Below, in pieces: positions 10,460-19,703 of a stretch of DNA of 64,000 nt. Both the position numbers and the translations under genes were made by a program. The notes below the pieces were generated by a model. That model was not told the DNA's origin, ran no database searches, and saw nothing but the letters and a program-made list of their open reading frames with translations. The DNA is taken from sequence record NC_019929.1; one strand, 5' to 3'. Every line of letters begins with the position of its first letter. Positions within the stretch are counted from its first letter, which is position 1.

Positions 10460-11112
10460 TGCTAATCCCTGAGCCGAGATTCCCCGACAGAATGATCAGG
10501 ATAGGTGCAGTTGACCCCGGTACCTCCCATCTTGGGATGGCGGTACTTGACTGGGAATACGGTGCTGACATCGCTGAAGTTGTTTGGGCAGACACGGCTC
10601 ACGTTACGAACTCAGCCAACTACTCTTCGTTCGCGGAAGTGGTTGGCAATCGTGACGAACGGTTAGTGGAGTTAGAGGAACGCTATCGTGAGTTCTTGCG
10701 AATTGCGCGCCCTACCTTCCACTGTACCGAAACGCCATTCATGCGTCGGTCAATGTTATCGGCGTACGAATCTGGGGTGGAATTGCAGTTAATGCTGCGT
10801 CGGACACTCTGGGAAGTCTACCCAGAAAAAATCCTCCATGGGTTCAACCCCATTATTGTGAAATCATACGTCGGTGTTGAAGCCAAGGGAACGGACAAGT
10901 CGCACATGCAAGCGGCTGTCTGTAAACTGTACGCAGACCACACCCTCGTTGATTTGTCGACGCTGGATGAACACAGCATCGATGCCGTGGCGGTGGGTAA
11001 CATCTTCGTCAGGGTCAACTTACTAAACTTAAATAGCCTGCTCCCACCGCGTGTCAAAGCGCCGAAAGGTGCAACAGGCAAACGGCGGCGAAGTCGGCGT
11101 CGGAGGAAATAG
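10459..11112 (+). CDS. RuvC-like Holliday junction resolvase
   Basis: IGAVDPGTSHLGMAV (RNase H fold beta1 Asp), TETPF, KSYVG...DKSHM, HSIDAVAV acidic catalytic pattern. Confidence 0.8.
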   Translation: MLIPEPRFPDRMIRIGAVDPGTSHLGMAVLDWEYGADIAEVVWADTAHVTNSANYSSFAEVVGNRDERLVELEERYREFLRIARPTFHCTETPFMRRSMLSAYESGVELQLMLRRTLWEVYPEKILHGFNPIIVKSYVGVEAKGTDKSHMQAAVCKLYADHTLVDLSTLDEHSIDAVAVGNIFVRVNLLNLNSLLPPRVKAPKGATGKRRRSRRRRK

Positions 11113-11114
11113 CG

Positions 11115-11693
11115 ATGTCGCAGTCTTTGCAGGAAGCCTCCACCGCAGTGTTGGACGTTCTCATTCAAGCGGGCACCAATAAGCTCAGTAAAGATGAAGC
11201 GGACAAACTGACGGCGGCTGCTACAACGGCACTCGGTGCCGGTGCCATTATCGATGTGACCAAACCCGCGAACATCATTCTCGCTACCTTACGTCCGGTG
11301 TTGCTCGACAGCATTGGTAAGATGGCCGAGGGTTTTGAAAACCGTGCGGTGGTCTCCGTTGAGGGGCTGGGTGATGAGATGGGTAAGGAAACGATGCTCA
11401 CCTTGTGGCCTAAGCTTGGCGGTGCCCAACGGATGTTAATCATCATGTTAGCACTGACCACTGTAGTTGTTTCTGGTTTCCTGGCGTACGACACCCACTT
11501 GCATTACCCGGATGACATTACCGACGTATTGCTCGTGAGTCTGCTCCCCCTTTTCGCTTTGTTTGTGTTCGCAACCTGGCCAATCAAGACCCTGGCGTAC
11601 AAATCGCTGGAAGTCGCGACCCGTGTTGTAGAAGCAAAACTTCAAAAAGGTTCGCAACAGTCGAAGCCTACCACGACTACACCTACTAAGTAA
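11115..11693 (+). CDS. Membrane protein with two predicted TM helices
   Basis: 192 aa; hydrophobic runs MLIIMLALTTVVVSGFLAY and VLLVSLLPLFALFVFATW. Confidence 0.7.
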   Translation: MSQSLQEASTAVLDVLIQAGTNKLSKDEADKLTAAATTALGAGAIIDVTKPANIILATLRPVLLDSIGKMAEGFENRAVVSVEGLGDEMGKETMLTLWPKLGGAQRMLIIMLALTTVVVSGFLAYDTHLHYPDDITDVLLVSLLPLFALFVFATWPIKTLAYKSLEVATRVVEAKLQKGSQQSKPTTTTPTK

Positions 11694-11699
11694 TTAAGC

Positions 11700-11733
11700 A
11701 CTCCTACCTTCGGGTGGGAGTCTTTCTTTTTTT
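11700..11733 (+). terminator. Intrinsic terminator
   Basis: ACTCCTACC-TTCG-GGTGGGAGT plus T-tract. Confidence 0.85.
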
Positions 11734-11736
11734 AAT

Positions 11737-11760
11737 TACAATTTTAGCGGTTAATGTGAT
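11737..11760 (+). promoter_or_regulatory. Putative phage promoter, TACRM-N13-TGTGAW class
   Basis: TACAA-N13-TGTGAT right after a terminator; same spacing at 21302 and 22902. Confidence 0.5.
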
Positions 11761-11784
11761 AAGTCTTACCGAAGGATAATAACC

Positions 11785-12441
11785 ATGAACTTAGAGTTTC
11801 GCCGACGTTCCCTGCTTCTCCCTGTTACGGCGCTCTTGGGCAGCATCAATAACCTCTCCCGTGTCCGCTTTACCCCCGAGGACAGGAAGAACCTGGTGTT
11901 AGCTGCTATCTACGAATATCTCGGCTATGCCCACGGTACCGTCCCGCTTGACCGCATTATCGATACGCCGTACCACGAAGGCCGATTTGGCCAGGCGGTA
12001 ATGGCGGTGTTGAATCGTCAGCACGTAAAAACCGCGGGGTTAGAAGTCGAACTGAATTCACTGCACACCAAAGTCTTCCAGCAGCTGCACGAGCTGTTAT
12101 TCAATTATGGTATGCTGACCAATGATGTCGTTGACAAACGCGACAACGGCGTACCGGGGTGTTTCGACCACGGTTACACGTTAAAGCTGGTCTCACCGAA
12201 AGGCAAGACCGGGCGCAGCAACGGCGCTTGGGTATTGGTGGAATGGGTTCGTCCCACCCTCGATATGGAGGAGATGTCAGTTAACACATTCTTCCTCCGC
12301 ATTGCCAAACATCTTGCTACACGAAAACAGCCACTCGATTACTGGTTAGTGGTGTTTCGAACCACCCGTCTGGAAGCCTTTCTCCAGATAGCGAACTTCG
12401 ACATTCTGCTGACGGTACTCCGGGCAGCTGGGAGAAAGTAA
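11785..12441 (+). CDS. Hypothetical protein
   Basis: 218 aa, AAGGA SD. Confidence 0.75.
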   Translation: MNLEFRRRSLLLPVTALLGSINNLSRVRFTPEDRKNLVLAAIYEYLGYAHGTVPLDRIIDTPYHEGRFGQAVMAVLNRQHVKTAGLEVELNSLHTKVFQQLHELLFNYGMLTNDVVDKRDNGVPGCFDHGYTLKLVSPKGKTGRSNGAWVLVEWVRPTLDMEEMSVNTFFLRIAKHLATRKQPLDYWLVVFRTTRLEAFLQIANFDILLTVLRAAGRK

Positions 12442-12442
12442 C

Positions 12443-12922
12443 ATGCACCAGATTGACGTTTCATTAGACAAAATATCCGAGAAGAACTTTCCCGGACTCA
12501 AAGCCTACCTCACCGACTTAAACTCTATCCGGGATGAACCGGTACGAGTCACGATGGCGGTTGAAGACGATATCGTTCATGGTGCAATGGTGTGGGAACC
12601 GGGCAACTTGATTTACGTGGTAGTCAGTGAACAGTCTCGCCGTCAAGGTGTGGCGTCGTTCCTGCTGAAGTACCTTATGCAGAACTCTGACCGTAAGCAC
12701 GTTGCCTGCCGAGTCCATCCGGCAAACATCGGCGGACTGGGATTCTTTTCTGCCCGAGGCTTCCAAATCGACCGTTGGTATATCGCGCAGGATAGCAAAC
12801 GCTATTTTCGTATGACGAACAGTTATAACGTTGCGTCGTACACGCCACCGGAAGAAGGCCACTTGGCTGAGTTTATCGACAACACTCCAATCTTTCTCTC
12901 GGTAGCGAATAGCGTCTACTAA
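12443..12922 (+). CDS. GNAT-family acetyltransferase
   Basis: VVVSEQSRRQGVASFLL (motif A, R/Q-x-x-G-x-A), NIGGLGFFSARGF (motif B). Confidence 0.8.
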   Translation: MHQIDVSLDKISEKNFPGLKAYLTDLNSIRDEPVRVTMAVEDDIVHGAMVWEPGNLIYVVVSEQSRRQGVASFLLKYLMQNSDRKHVACRVHPANIGGLGFFSARGFQIDRWYIAQDSKRYFRMTNSYNVASYTPPEEGHLAEFIDNTPIFLSVANSVY

Positions 12923-12938
12923 CAGCGAGAGCAGCACC

Positions 12939-13415
12939 ATGTTACGTGTTGTGTATGAAACACGGAGTCTGGATGATATCCAGTCAAAAACAATACGCTG
13001 TGTAGAACGGGTGGCCGAACACGAACTGGATATTAAAACCGGTAAGCTGCGCGGTACACCTGTTAACATTCTTCAATACAGTGTTTGTAATACTTTTAAA
13101 GCAAAGACTACACCCGCAATACGGTCCAGTAAAAGAAAAAGCTTTGCCGACTTAAAACACCGGTTACAACGACACTTTCGTCGGAGTTCTTGGAAAGCCC
13201 TCGTTGAAATGGTTGTGGATGATTTCATCAAGGAACTGGAGTGGGAAGAAGTCCTCAAGGAAGCTGGCTATCCAACAAAGCCTTTTTCGTACCACTGGCA
13301 TCACTTCAAAAAACAGTACCATGAAGCCCTACGCTGGTCACCGAACACTCGGAACATGATGCAGCGCCTGGAAACCATGGACTGGCTACAGAGCTATTTA
13401 GAAGAGGATGCGTAA
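12939..13415 (+). CDS. Hypothetical protein
   Basis: 158 aa ORF in operon. Confidence 0.7.
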   Translation: MLRVVYETRSLDDIQSKTIRCVERVAEHELDIKTGKLRGTPVNILQYSVCNTFKAKTTPAIRSSKRKSFADLKHRLQRHFRRSSWKALVEMVVDDFIKELEWEEVLKEAGYPTKPFSYHWHHFKKQYHEALRWSPNTRNMMQRLETMDWLQSYLEEDA

Positions 13416-13417
13416 AG

Positions 13418-13810
13418 ATGCGTATTGTATTAGTTGTGTTACTAGCCTTATTTTCGGCGTACGCACCAGCAAAAGCTTTTGTACCTGCGGATATTCAGCA
13501 GTTCAAACCGGCGATTCCTGGTGAGAAACCGATTGTCTTTAAAGCCGACGATGACCCGCAAATCGTTACTCGTAATGAGGAGTGGGTGGTTGTGAATTAC
13601 GGTAAATCGGATTTGTGTCCAGCCGGTGGATTCTACTTGGTTAATCTCAAGCGATCTACCTACCAGTTTGTTGATGCGGGAACGTGCTCTGCCCGAACCC
13701 GTGTAGCGATTGAAGTCGCTCCGCACAAAAACAAAAATATCAATATTCAGTTATTGACGTTTTACGTGGGAAATGACATTGCCACGCGATATCCGTTATA
13801 CGGTTACTAA
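13418..13810 (+). CDS. Secreted/periplasmic hypothetical protein
   Basis: Sec signal peptide MRIVLVVLLALFSAYAPAKA; two Cys. Confidence 0.75.
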   Translation: MRIVLVVLLALFSAYAPAKAFVPADIQQFKPAIPGEKPIVFKADDDPQIVTRNEEWVVVNYGKSDLCPAGGFYLVNLKRSTYQFVDAGTCSARTRVAIEVAPHKNKNINIQLLTFYVGNDIATRYPLYGY

Positions 13811-13818
13811 CTCACCTA

Positions 13819-13852
13819 CAGGGGGGCAACCCCCTGGTTCCTTTATTTTATT
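13819..13852 (+). terminator. Intrinsic terminator
   Basis: CAGGGGG-GCAA-CCCCCTG plus T-rich tail. Confidence 0.75.
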
Positions 13853-13900
13853 TGTCCCCGGTTACTATGACATTAAGCCAGCACGAGCGGGAGAACAGGA

Positions 13901-14518
13901 ATGTCGTTTGTAATAGACTTCTCACATCACCATAGCCAAACCCTCCTCGATCTAGTGAACTTTGTCAACCAGGGAACGGTCTATGTGCCACTTTCAACAG
14001 AAAACATCGCTCTGGAGAACTTGGCTCCGCCGACACGAGAAGGCCGTTGGTCAGTAAAGCTGTCCGACAAAAAGAAACCAAGCGACTATGTGGTCGTGCA
14101 GTACACCAAAATAAACCTGGACGAGTTTATTACCATTCCGGAGAAACACCTGGGGTGGTTCGATTTATCAAAGGGTAAGCCGAAGGATTTATCGGTTTGG
14201 TCGCAGCCTGCGCTCGAAGCCTTTGAAACCACTTGTGAAGATTACGGCATGGTTATTGCCAAGTCATGGGAAAACCCTTCACAGTGTCATGTTGAGTACG
14301 ATTCTGTGCTCGACCGGTACGTTCTAATCTACGAATGTGAATCGTTTGTCTACGGTCCCCGTAGTCGCTTTGTGTTGCCGTATAACTTAGGCCAAGACCT
14401 GACCACGCCAACATTAGACGGGTTGAATTATGACCTGGCAGGATTCTGGGGACGGAAACTCCAGGAACTTGTAACGATTCGACGCATGGATGGATTTAAA
14501 TACCGTGTGTTTCCATAA
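13901..14518 (+). CDS. Probable virion protein, distant member of the anchor-domain family, with two C-terminal LDG(L/F) motifs
   Basis: 205 aa; QTLLDLVNFVN, YTKINLDEF, LTTPTLDGLNY, VTIRRMDGFKY. Confidence 0.6.
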   Translation: MSFVIDFSHHHSQTLLDLVNFVNQGTVYVPLSTENIALENLAPPTREGRWSVKLSDKKKPSDYVVVQYTKINLDEFITIPEKHLGWFDLSKGKPKDLSVWSQPALEAFETTCEDYGMVIAKSWENPSQCHVEYDSVLDRYVLIYECESFVYGPRSRFVLPYNLGQDLTTPTLDGLNYDLAGFWGRKLQELVTIRRMDGFKYRVFP

Positions 14519-14521
14519 CCC

Positions 14522-14555
14522 ACCCTGCCTTCGGGCAGGGTTTCCCTTATTTTTT
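14522..14555 (+). terminator. Intrinsic terminator
   Basis: ACCCTGCC-TTCG-GGCAGGGT plus T-tract. Confidence 0.85.
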
Positions 14556-14587
14556 CCAAATGGAACAATGGGTATGGAGGAACGTCT

Positions 14588-15184
14588 ATGAAAGAATACA
14601 AGATTGCGGTGGTTGGGTCGCGTGAGACGCCACCGGAAGTAATGCACGAGATGTACATGGTGTTGCTGCGCGGGTTCAACATGCTCATTCGCCGCAATTA
14701 CAAGATTCTTTTTCGCAGCGGCGGGTGCTACAAAGGTCCCGACCAACTGGAGTTCCAATTTGCCCGCCAATGGGACAACACCATTGACCAGGACACAGGG
14801 CGAAAGGCAGAACGTCCTGATCAGTTTATTTGCTATCTGCCGGATGACAAAAAGCTGTGGTTGAAGAATGTCCACAAAAACGTGGAGTTCCGTGTAATCG
14901 AGCAAACCGAAGCCTACCGAGAAATCGTCAGTCGCCACCACCCTGCCCCGGATAAACTCCAGCCGTTCGCCTGGGGGTTGCATGGCCGTAACCTCAACAT
15001 TGTTATGGGCGATAATTTAGACGACCCAGTTGATGCCGTCTATTATTCTGCCGAACACGACAAACACGGCAATCCGAAAGGCGGGACAGCCATGGCCGTG
15101 AAATATGCGAAGGAGTGCGGGGTACCCTGTTTCTTCCACGCAACTGATGCTCGGGCCTGGCTGGAAAGCCTGCGTTTATTATGA
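14588..15184 (+). CDS. SLOG-superfamily (DprA/Smf-like) protein
   Basis: IAVVGSRETP, RSGGCYKGPD, HGRN...VMG, GGTAMAVKYAK match DprA-like motifs. Confidence 0.75.
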   Translation: MKEYKIAVVGSRETPPEVMHEMYMVLLRGFNMLIRRNYKILFRSGGCYKGPDQLEFQFARQWDNTIDQDTGRKAERPDQFICYLPDDKKLWLKNVHKNVEFRVIEQTEAYREIVSRHHPAPDKLQPFAWGLHGRNLNIVMGDNLDDPVDAVYYSAEHDKHGNPKGGTAMAVKYAKECGVPCFFHATDARAWLESLRLL

Positions 15185-15215
15185 CCCGAGCGCTTTGACA
15201 ACGAGGCCCTCTGTT

Positions 15216-15482
15216 ATGCAAACCACTGGATTAGCCCAACGTTTGTGGGAAGCGTTCTTTCCCCCTACCCAGCCGAAAAGAAAAGTGTCTCTTCGTCGCT
15301 GGCAAGGCACGGAAGAAGAATTCTTCGATTATCTCAACCGTAAAGGGTTCGACGCGAAAGTTGCTCCTGAAGACAACAATCCGTACGTGACCATTTACAC
15401 ATCCAAAGAAACCGGCGAGGCCATTGGGACACATGTCCGTTGGCCAGGGCGTAACCACTACTACACCATGACGGTTTCATGA
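15216..15482 (+). CDS. Hypothetical protein
   Basis: 88 aa from ATG 15216 after GAGG. Confidence 0.65.
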   Translation: MQTTGLAQRLWEAFFPPTQPKRKVSLRRWQGTEEEFFDYLNRKGFDAKVAPEDNNPYVTIYTSKETGEAIGTHVRWPGRNHYYTMTVS

Positions 15483-15492
15483 GGGACAACTC

Positions 15493-16482
15493 ATGTCGCT
15501 TGATTTAGATTACATTACGCTGGAGGAGGACCTGGACAAGGTCCTTGCACTGGAGTCGCGTGGCGTGGGCCTAAACAACCCCGCCATTCAGTCGATTCGC
15601 AAACGTTGGTGTGTGGATACCCATGTGGCTCGCGAGTCGCGTGAACGTACCCAGACCACCTCCTCAACGCTGTATCAGATGTACCATGAAGTCGTTGGGC
15701 TTTTCAGCAACCGTTATCACGACGCTGTGCGGGTGATGACCAAGAACGCTGAGAAGATTGACGAGCATGTCGCCAAGATGGAAGGCTGGATGAAGCGTAC
15801 GTCGCATTTCACCGCCAAAGAAGTTCCATCCGCGGGGTGGTGCGCCCGTGTCTGTTACGAAGACGTACCGGACATCAAAGAGTGCATCAAACTGGCTAAC
15901 TCCGCGAACGGGTTAGAAGCTGCTGTGAAGCAGTACACTATCGTCACCAGTCAGATGGTGCTCGACCCCGGTAAAATCAAACGCAAAGTAGAAGACGGTG
16001 AACTGAAGGTCATTGGTTATTCTACCGCCGCAGCGGTACACCGTGCTTCGGGTATCCTGGGTCGCTTTGGTGAGGATGATGTGCAGGCTCGTCCAATGGC
16101 CGGGAATGTCTACGTCGTCACTTATGGGTCAGGCGATAAAGCCAAGCTGGACTTTGGGGTAGGGAATGGCGGTAACTACCGCGATACCATTGCTGCCTTA
16201 ACGGAAAGCGAATGTCGTCAGGCACTGGCCGCGGCTAAGAAGATTGCCAAGGCACTGCGTGACCGTGGGGCGAAAAACGGTATCTTTGGGTACAGCGGGA
16301 TTTACGAGGAAGTTGAGAAGATGAAAGCTCAGCTGAAAGACATGCACGGTGATGAACTGCGCGTGGCGACTCGCCGCTACAAGAACGCCTTGAAACTCGA
16401 AGATGCGTTCACTACCGCACTTGACCGTGTGGCCGATGGCCTCATCAGTTGGGTCGGTGCAACGTTGAAAGCCAACCAATAA
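15493..16482 (+). CDS. Probable internal head protein with cleavable propeptide (paralogue of next gene)
   Basis: 329 aa; ALES/ARES (AxE) motifs in N-terminus; aligns with 16495 protein (GVGLxNPA, WxxxVCxED, RPxAGNV, YKxAxxLEDxFTTAL). Confidence 0.65.
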   Translation: MSLDLDYITLEEDLDKVLALESRGVGLNNPAIQSIRKRWCVDTHVARESRERTQTTSSTLYQMYHEVVGLFSNRYHDAVRVMTKNAEKIDEHVAKMEGWMKRTSHFTAKEVPSAGWCARVCYEDVPDIKECIKLANSANGLEAAVKQYTIVTSQMVLDPGKIKRKVEDGELKVIGYSTAAAVHRASGILGRFGEDDVQARPMAGNVYVVTYGSGDKAKLDFGVGNGGNYRDTIAALTESECRQALAAAKKIAKALRDRGAKNGIFGYSGIYEEVEKMKAQLKDMHGDELRVATRRYKNALKLEDAFTTALDRVADGLISWVGATLKANQ

Positions 16483-16494
16483 CAGGAGCCGGAA

Positions 16495-17646
16495 ATGTCG
16501 ACGCTCGAATTGGATTTTGCAGTGCTCACCGATGACTGGGAGCGCTTGGTGGCGTTAGAGTCAATCGGTGTCGGGCTCGACAACCCGGCGGTACAAGCGA
16601 TTTGTCGTCGTTGGTGTATCACTGACGAAGAGTTACTCGTTGCCCGTGAATCGCGCGAGATGATGGAACGTGCCCAGGTGGTATCGGATTCCGCCGCCAA
16701 TCCCCGTCTGATTGAGAAGGTGATTATTGGTGGTGCACACCAGGCTGGACGGTTAGCCGAGAAGGGCATCCGTAAAGGTGCGAAAGCCGGTGCCCGTGGC
16801 GTGGCAAAAGTGTCAAAGAACCTGTTGTCGCGTTTTAATGCTTTCGCAGAAGATTTAGCGAAAGAACAAATCGAGTATATGAAGCACGCCGTTTCCAAAG
16901 CCACAAAGCTTGAGAAAGGAATGCAGCATCTGGCACTTGATTTAAAAGAACACAAATCCCTCGACATCCACCCGATTGAAACCGGTCGCTGGACATCGAA
17001 GGTGTGTATCGAAGATAAGGTTGATGTACACGGGTGTATCAGCTTTATCAGCCGCGGCAGCTCGTTAGAAGGGGCGGTACAAGAGTACGTGGTGAAAACC
17101 CGCGGCATTCTTGAATCGAAGAAAGTCACTGAGACCGGCAGCCTCGATAAGTTCGGGCGTTCCACGAACTGGGCGATTAAACGCTCTGCTGGGATTATGG
17201 GAATTGTCAACCCCTTCAAGAAAGTCTCTGCTCGGCCGCTGGCGGGTAACGTCGTGTTGGTTGAACACCACAACGGCGCGATTCAATACGCCGTGGCCAA
17301 TGACGGCGATTACGCTGACCATATCCCGTCCTTGTCTCATGCGGACTGTGAAGCGGCACTGAAAGCGGTACATCAAATTGTGGGTCTGCTGCGTGAGCGC
17401 GGTGTGAAACGCAAAACGGTGGGCTACACCGGCATCAGTGAAGAAGTCAATCACATGCGGCGTGAACTGAAAGGTGCCGAAGGCAAAGACATGATTGCGC
17501 TAACCAAGGCGTACAAGTCGGCAATGGCGCTGGAAGACTCCTTTACCACGGCATTAGTGCGGGTAGGCGAAGGGCTTTTGGAATACGTAAAACGTTCGCT
17601 AAAAGGGCAAGGCAGCAATGAAAGTCATTCTGATAACAAAGCCTGA
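16495..17646 (+). CDS. Probable internal head protein with cleavable propeptide (paralogue of previous gene)
   Basis: 383 aa; LVALESIGVGLDNPAV...VARESRE. Confidence 0.65.
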   Translation: MSTLELDFAVLTDDWERLVALESIGVGLDNPAVQAICRRWCITDEELLVARESREMMERAQVVSDSAANPRLIEKVIIGGAHQAGRLAEKGIRKGAKAGARGVAKVSKNLLSRFNAFAEDLAKEQIEYMKHAVSKATKLEKGMQHLALDLKEHKSLDIHPIETGRWTSKVCIEDKVDVHGCISFISRGSSLEGAVQEYVVKTRGILESKKVTETGSLDKFGRSTNWAIKRSAGIMGIVNPFKKVSARPLAGNVVLVEHHNGAIQYAVANDGDYADHIPSLSHADCEAALKAVHQIVGLLRERGVKRKTVGYTGISEEVNHMRRELKGAEGKDMIALTKAYKSAMALEDSFTTALVRVGEGLLEYVKRSLKGQGSNESHSDNKA

Positions 17647-18082
17647 TAGCAAATACGGGAAGCTTTATAGCGAAGGACTACTGGGACTACACAATGAACT
17701 CTACGACGACCAGCACGAAAAGCTCGACCAACTCAACGGCCGTCAGGGCTTTTCTCGCATTAGCGAACTCGACGAGGTTTGGGGTGTGGGGACTCTATGC
17801 GCGTGCGCTGTTGATGACCGCGATAGTCCTGTGGGCTTCATTACGTTTTCATACACCAAGCAGGGCAATCGTTTTCTCTGGGTGCACAACTTCTTTGTAC
17901 AAGAAGCCTACCGCTCCGAAGGCGTTGGCCAAACCCTGATAGATACCGTAAAGGATTACGGTAAGTCGAAAGGCTGCAAATGGATGCAACTCACTGTGCT
18001 GGACAATAACTCCCGCGCAATTGCGTTCTACGAACGTTACGGTTTCCGTACTGAATACCAGGATATGGTAAAGGAGTTGTAA
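17618..18082 (+). CDS. GNAT-family acetyltransferase
   Basis: FFVQEAYRSEGVGQTLI, LTVLDNNSRAIAFYERYGF: canonical motifs A and B. Confidence 0.9.
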   Translation: MKVILITKPDSKYGKLYSEGLLGLHNELYDDQHEKLDQLNGRQGFSRISELDEVWGVGTLCACAVDDRDSPVGFITFSYTKQGNRFLWVHNFFVQEAYRSEGVGQTLIDTVKDYGKSKGCKWMQLTVLDNNSRAIAFYERYGFRTEYQDMVKEL

Positions 18083-18691
18083 ATGACTTCCATCCGCAGC
18101 GTGCCGCATCAACCTGGCTCGCGCTTTACATTTGCTGTAAAACGTTTCTGGGGCGGTCAACGTCCTGGCTGGAAAGTGGTACGTGTGGCGGGTGTGTTTT
18201 GGTCACTGCCTCCAGGCACACTCGATTACTTGTCGGTGGATGAGATAATGCAGTTTGCGGCGTTAGCCGATAGCAAACAGCGTTACTCGTTCAACAGTGT
18301 GGTCGAGTGTTCCTCACAGGGTAAAACCCGTGACGCGTGTAAACCCGGCATTTACTGGACAGGACAGAAAGCCTTCCAGGTCGGTATGTGTCAAGACCGT
18401 TGCATCAGCACACCGTTCCAGTGGGTTGATGGCGACGTAACGTTCACCGGCATCTTCGTGAGTTTCCCGGATGCGCCTGAACGCGACTATTATCTGGCTA
18501 CGCCGAAAGATGTGAGCATGGCCACCTTTTATAAATATCTCCTGTTCTACAAGCAACACATTGGCATCCACCCAGTGCAGGAGGATTGGTATTATCGCAA
18601 CCCTCTGCCGTATGGCCGGGACAGGAGATTAAATAGATGTTCTATGACGAACTTCGAAAGTACACCCACGCAATTAGCGCTGGAAATATAA
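18083..18691 (+). CDS. Hypothetical protein
   Basis: 202 aa, abuts previous stop. Confidence 0.7.
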   Translation: MTSIRSVPHQPGSRFTFAVKRFWGGQRPGWKVVRVAGVFWSLPPGTLDYLSVDEIMQFAALADSKQRYSFNSVVECSSQGKTRDACKPGIYWTGQKAFQVGMCQDRCISTPFQWVDGDVTFTGIFVSFPDAPERDYYLATPKDVSMATFYKYLLFYKQHIGIHPVQEDWYYRNPLPYGRDRRLNRCSMTNFESTPTQLALEI

Positions 18692-19008
18692 GCAAAGATA
18701 ACAATTTACAAGACGTGGTGGATGTGGTTGGGCGTTCCGACGATGTATTGTATGTGGATGTCGATGAAGCCTTTGTCGCGGAAGGGGTGAAACGTGTGCA
18801 GTTAACTGTACGGGCCAAAGCAGGTAGCTGTTCTCTCTCCTTTCGCGTCAGTGCCGAATTCTTTATTCCTTTGCGTTGTTACTTTAGTCACGATGGCGAT
18901 GTGTATCCTGCCCGCTGGAATGACAATTATCAAAAATTTGGCTACCCACTCGAAGAACACCGGCGTACGGTGTATGACTTTATGAAGTCTGTCATCGAGG
19001 GGTTCTAA
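18637..19008 (+). CDS. Hypothetical protein
   Basis: 123 aa, GGAG SD, overlaps previous gene by 55 nt. Confidence 0.65.
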   Translation: MFYDELRKYTHAISAGNISKDNNLQDVVDVVGRSDDVLYVDVDEAFVAEGVKRVQLTVRAKAGSCSLSFRVSAEFFIPLRCYFSHDGDVYPARWNDNYQKFGYPLEEHRRTVYDFMKSVIEGF

Positions 19009-19019
19009 TGGGGTAAACT

Positions 19020-19622
19020 GTGATGTCTGAGATGATTCTCGATTCGCTGTTTTTGGTGACGATTACCCACATCAACAAAAACGGCAAGCCGCCGCGGAAC
19101 GTGTTTATCGAACGTCATGGGTTTATACGCCGTTATCACCTGCAAGCGGTGTTAGTTATTGCGTGTAAAGTGGCGCAGATGAAACGACCGTCGGTGGCCT
19201 GTAGTACCAATCACATTCTGATGATTCTGCAACGGGCTATCTCCGTTATCCGTCGTAAACGTCGTCGTGCTTCTTTTCGTTTTTATCCGAACTCGACCAA
19301 CAAAGTGGTAGGTGGGGATATGAGTAAAGTGGTTGACTTGCGTGAAGCGTCGTGCAACGTACGGGGTTTAGCATTAAACCGTCTGCTGGGTGTCATTAAC
19401 GAAACCGGTCGTGAACCAACTCCGCCAGAAGGACAAGCGGCGTTGGAACTGCTGCGTAATGCAGAACTGGTTATCGTGGATACCGATTTGCAATCCGCCC
19501 GGATGCAAAACTACCTGGCTCGCCAAGTGCTGTTAACCTTGTGCGTGACCGGTGAGCAAGCGTCGGAGCTGACCTTGCCAGAAGTTCCTGTGTGGGGCGA
19601 CCCACAGGTGGATCATCAGTAA
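19020..19622 (+). CDS. Hypothetical protein
   Basis: 200 aa followed by terminator. Confidence 0.7.
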   Translation: MMSEMILDSLFLVTITHINKNGKPPRNVFIERHGFIRRYHLQAVLVIACKVAQMKRPSVACSTNHILMILQRAISVIRRKRRRASFRFYPNSTNKVVGGDMSKVVDLREASCNVRGLALNRLLGVINETGREPTPPEGQAALELLRNAELVIVDTDLQSARMQNYLARQVLLTLCVTGEQASELTLPEVPVWGDPQVDHQ

Positions 19623-19628
19623 GCAGTA

Positions 19629-19665
19629 CCCCTCACTTCGGTGAGGGGCTACTCTATTATTTTTT
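19629..19665 (+). terminator. Intrinsic terminator
   Basis: CCCCTCAC-TTCG-GTGAGGGG then T-rich run. Confidence 0.75.
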
Positions 19666-19687
19666 GGATAGATTTCATCTAAGCGAA
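19666..19687 (+). promoter_or_regulatory. Putative early-class promoter (variant)
   Basis: GGATAGATTTCATCTAAGCGAA aligns with the AGATAKATATTA...GTGA motif. Confidence 0.45.
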
Positions 19688-19703
19688 CCCAACCTAAAGG
19701 AGT

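Noticed and set aside
11115-11693. Possible holin
   Set aside because: Two TM helices only; far from the endolysin and no holin-specific feature
16377-17273. 298-aa minus-strand ORF
   Set aside because: Fully antisense to the paralogous head-protein genes; no SD or motifs; shadow ORF
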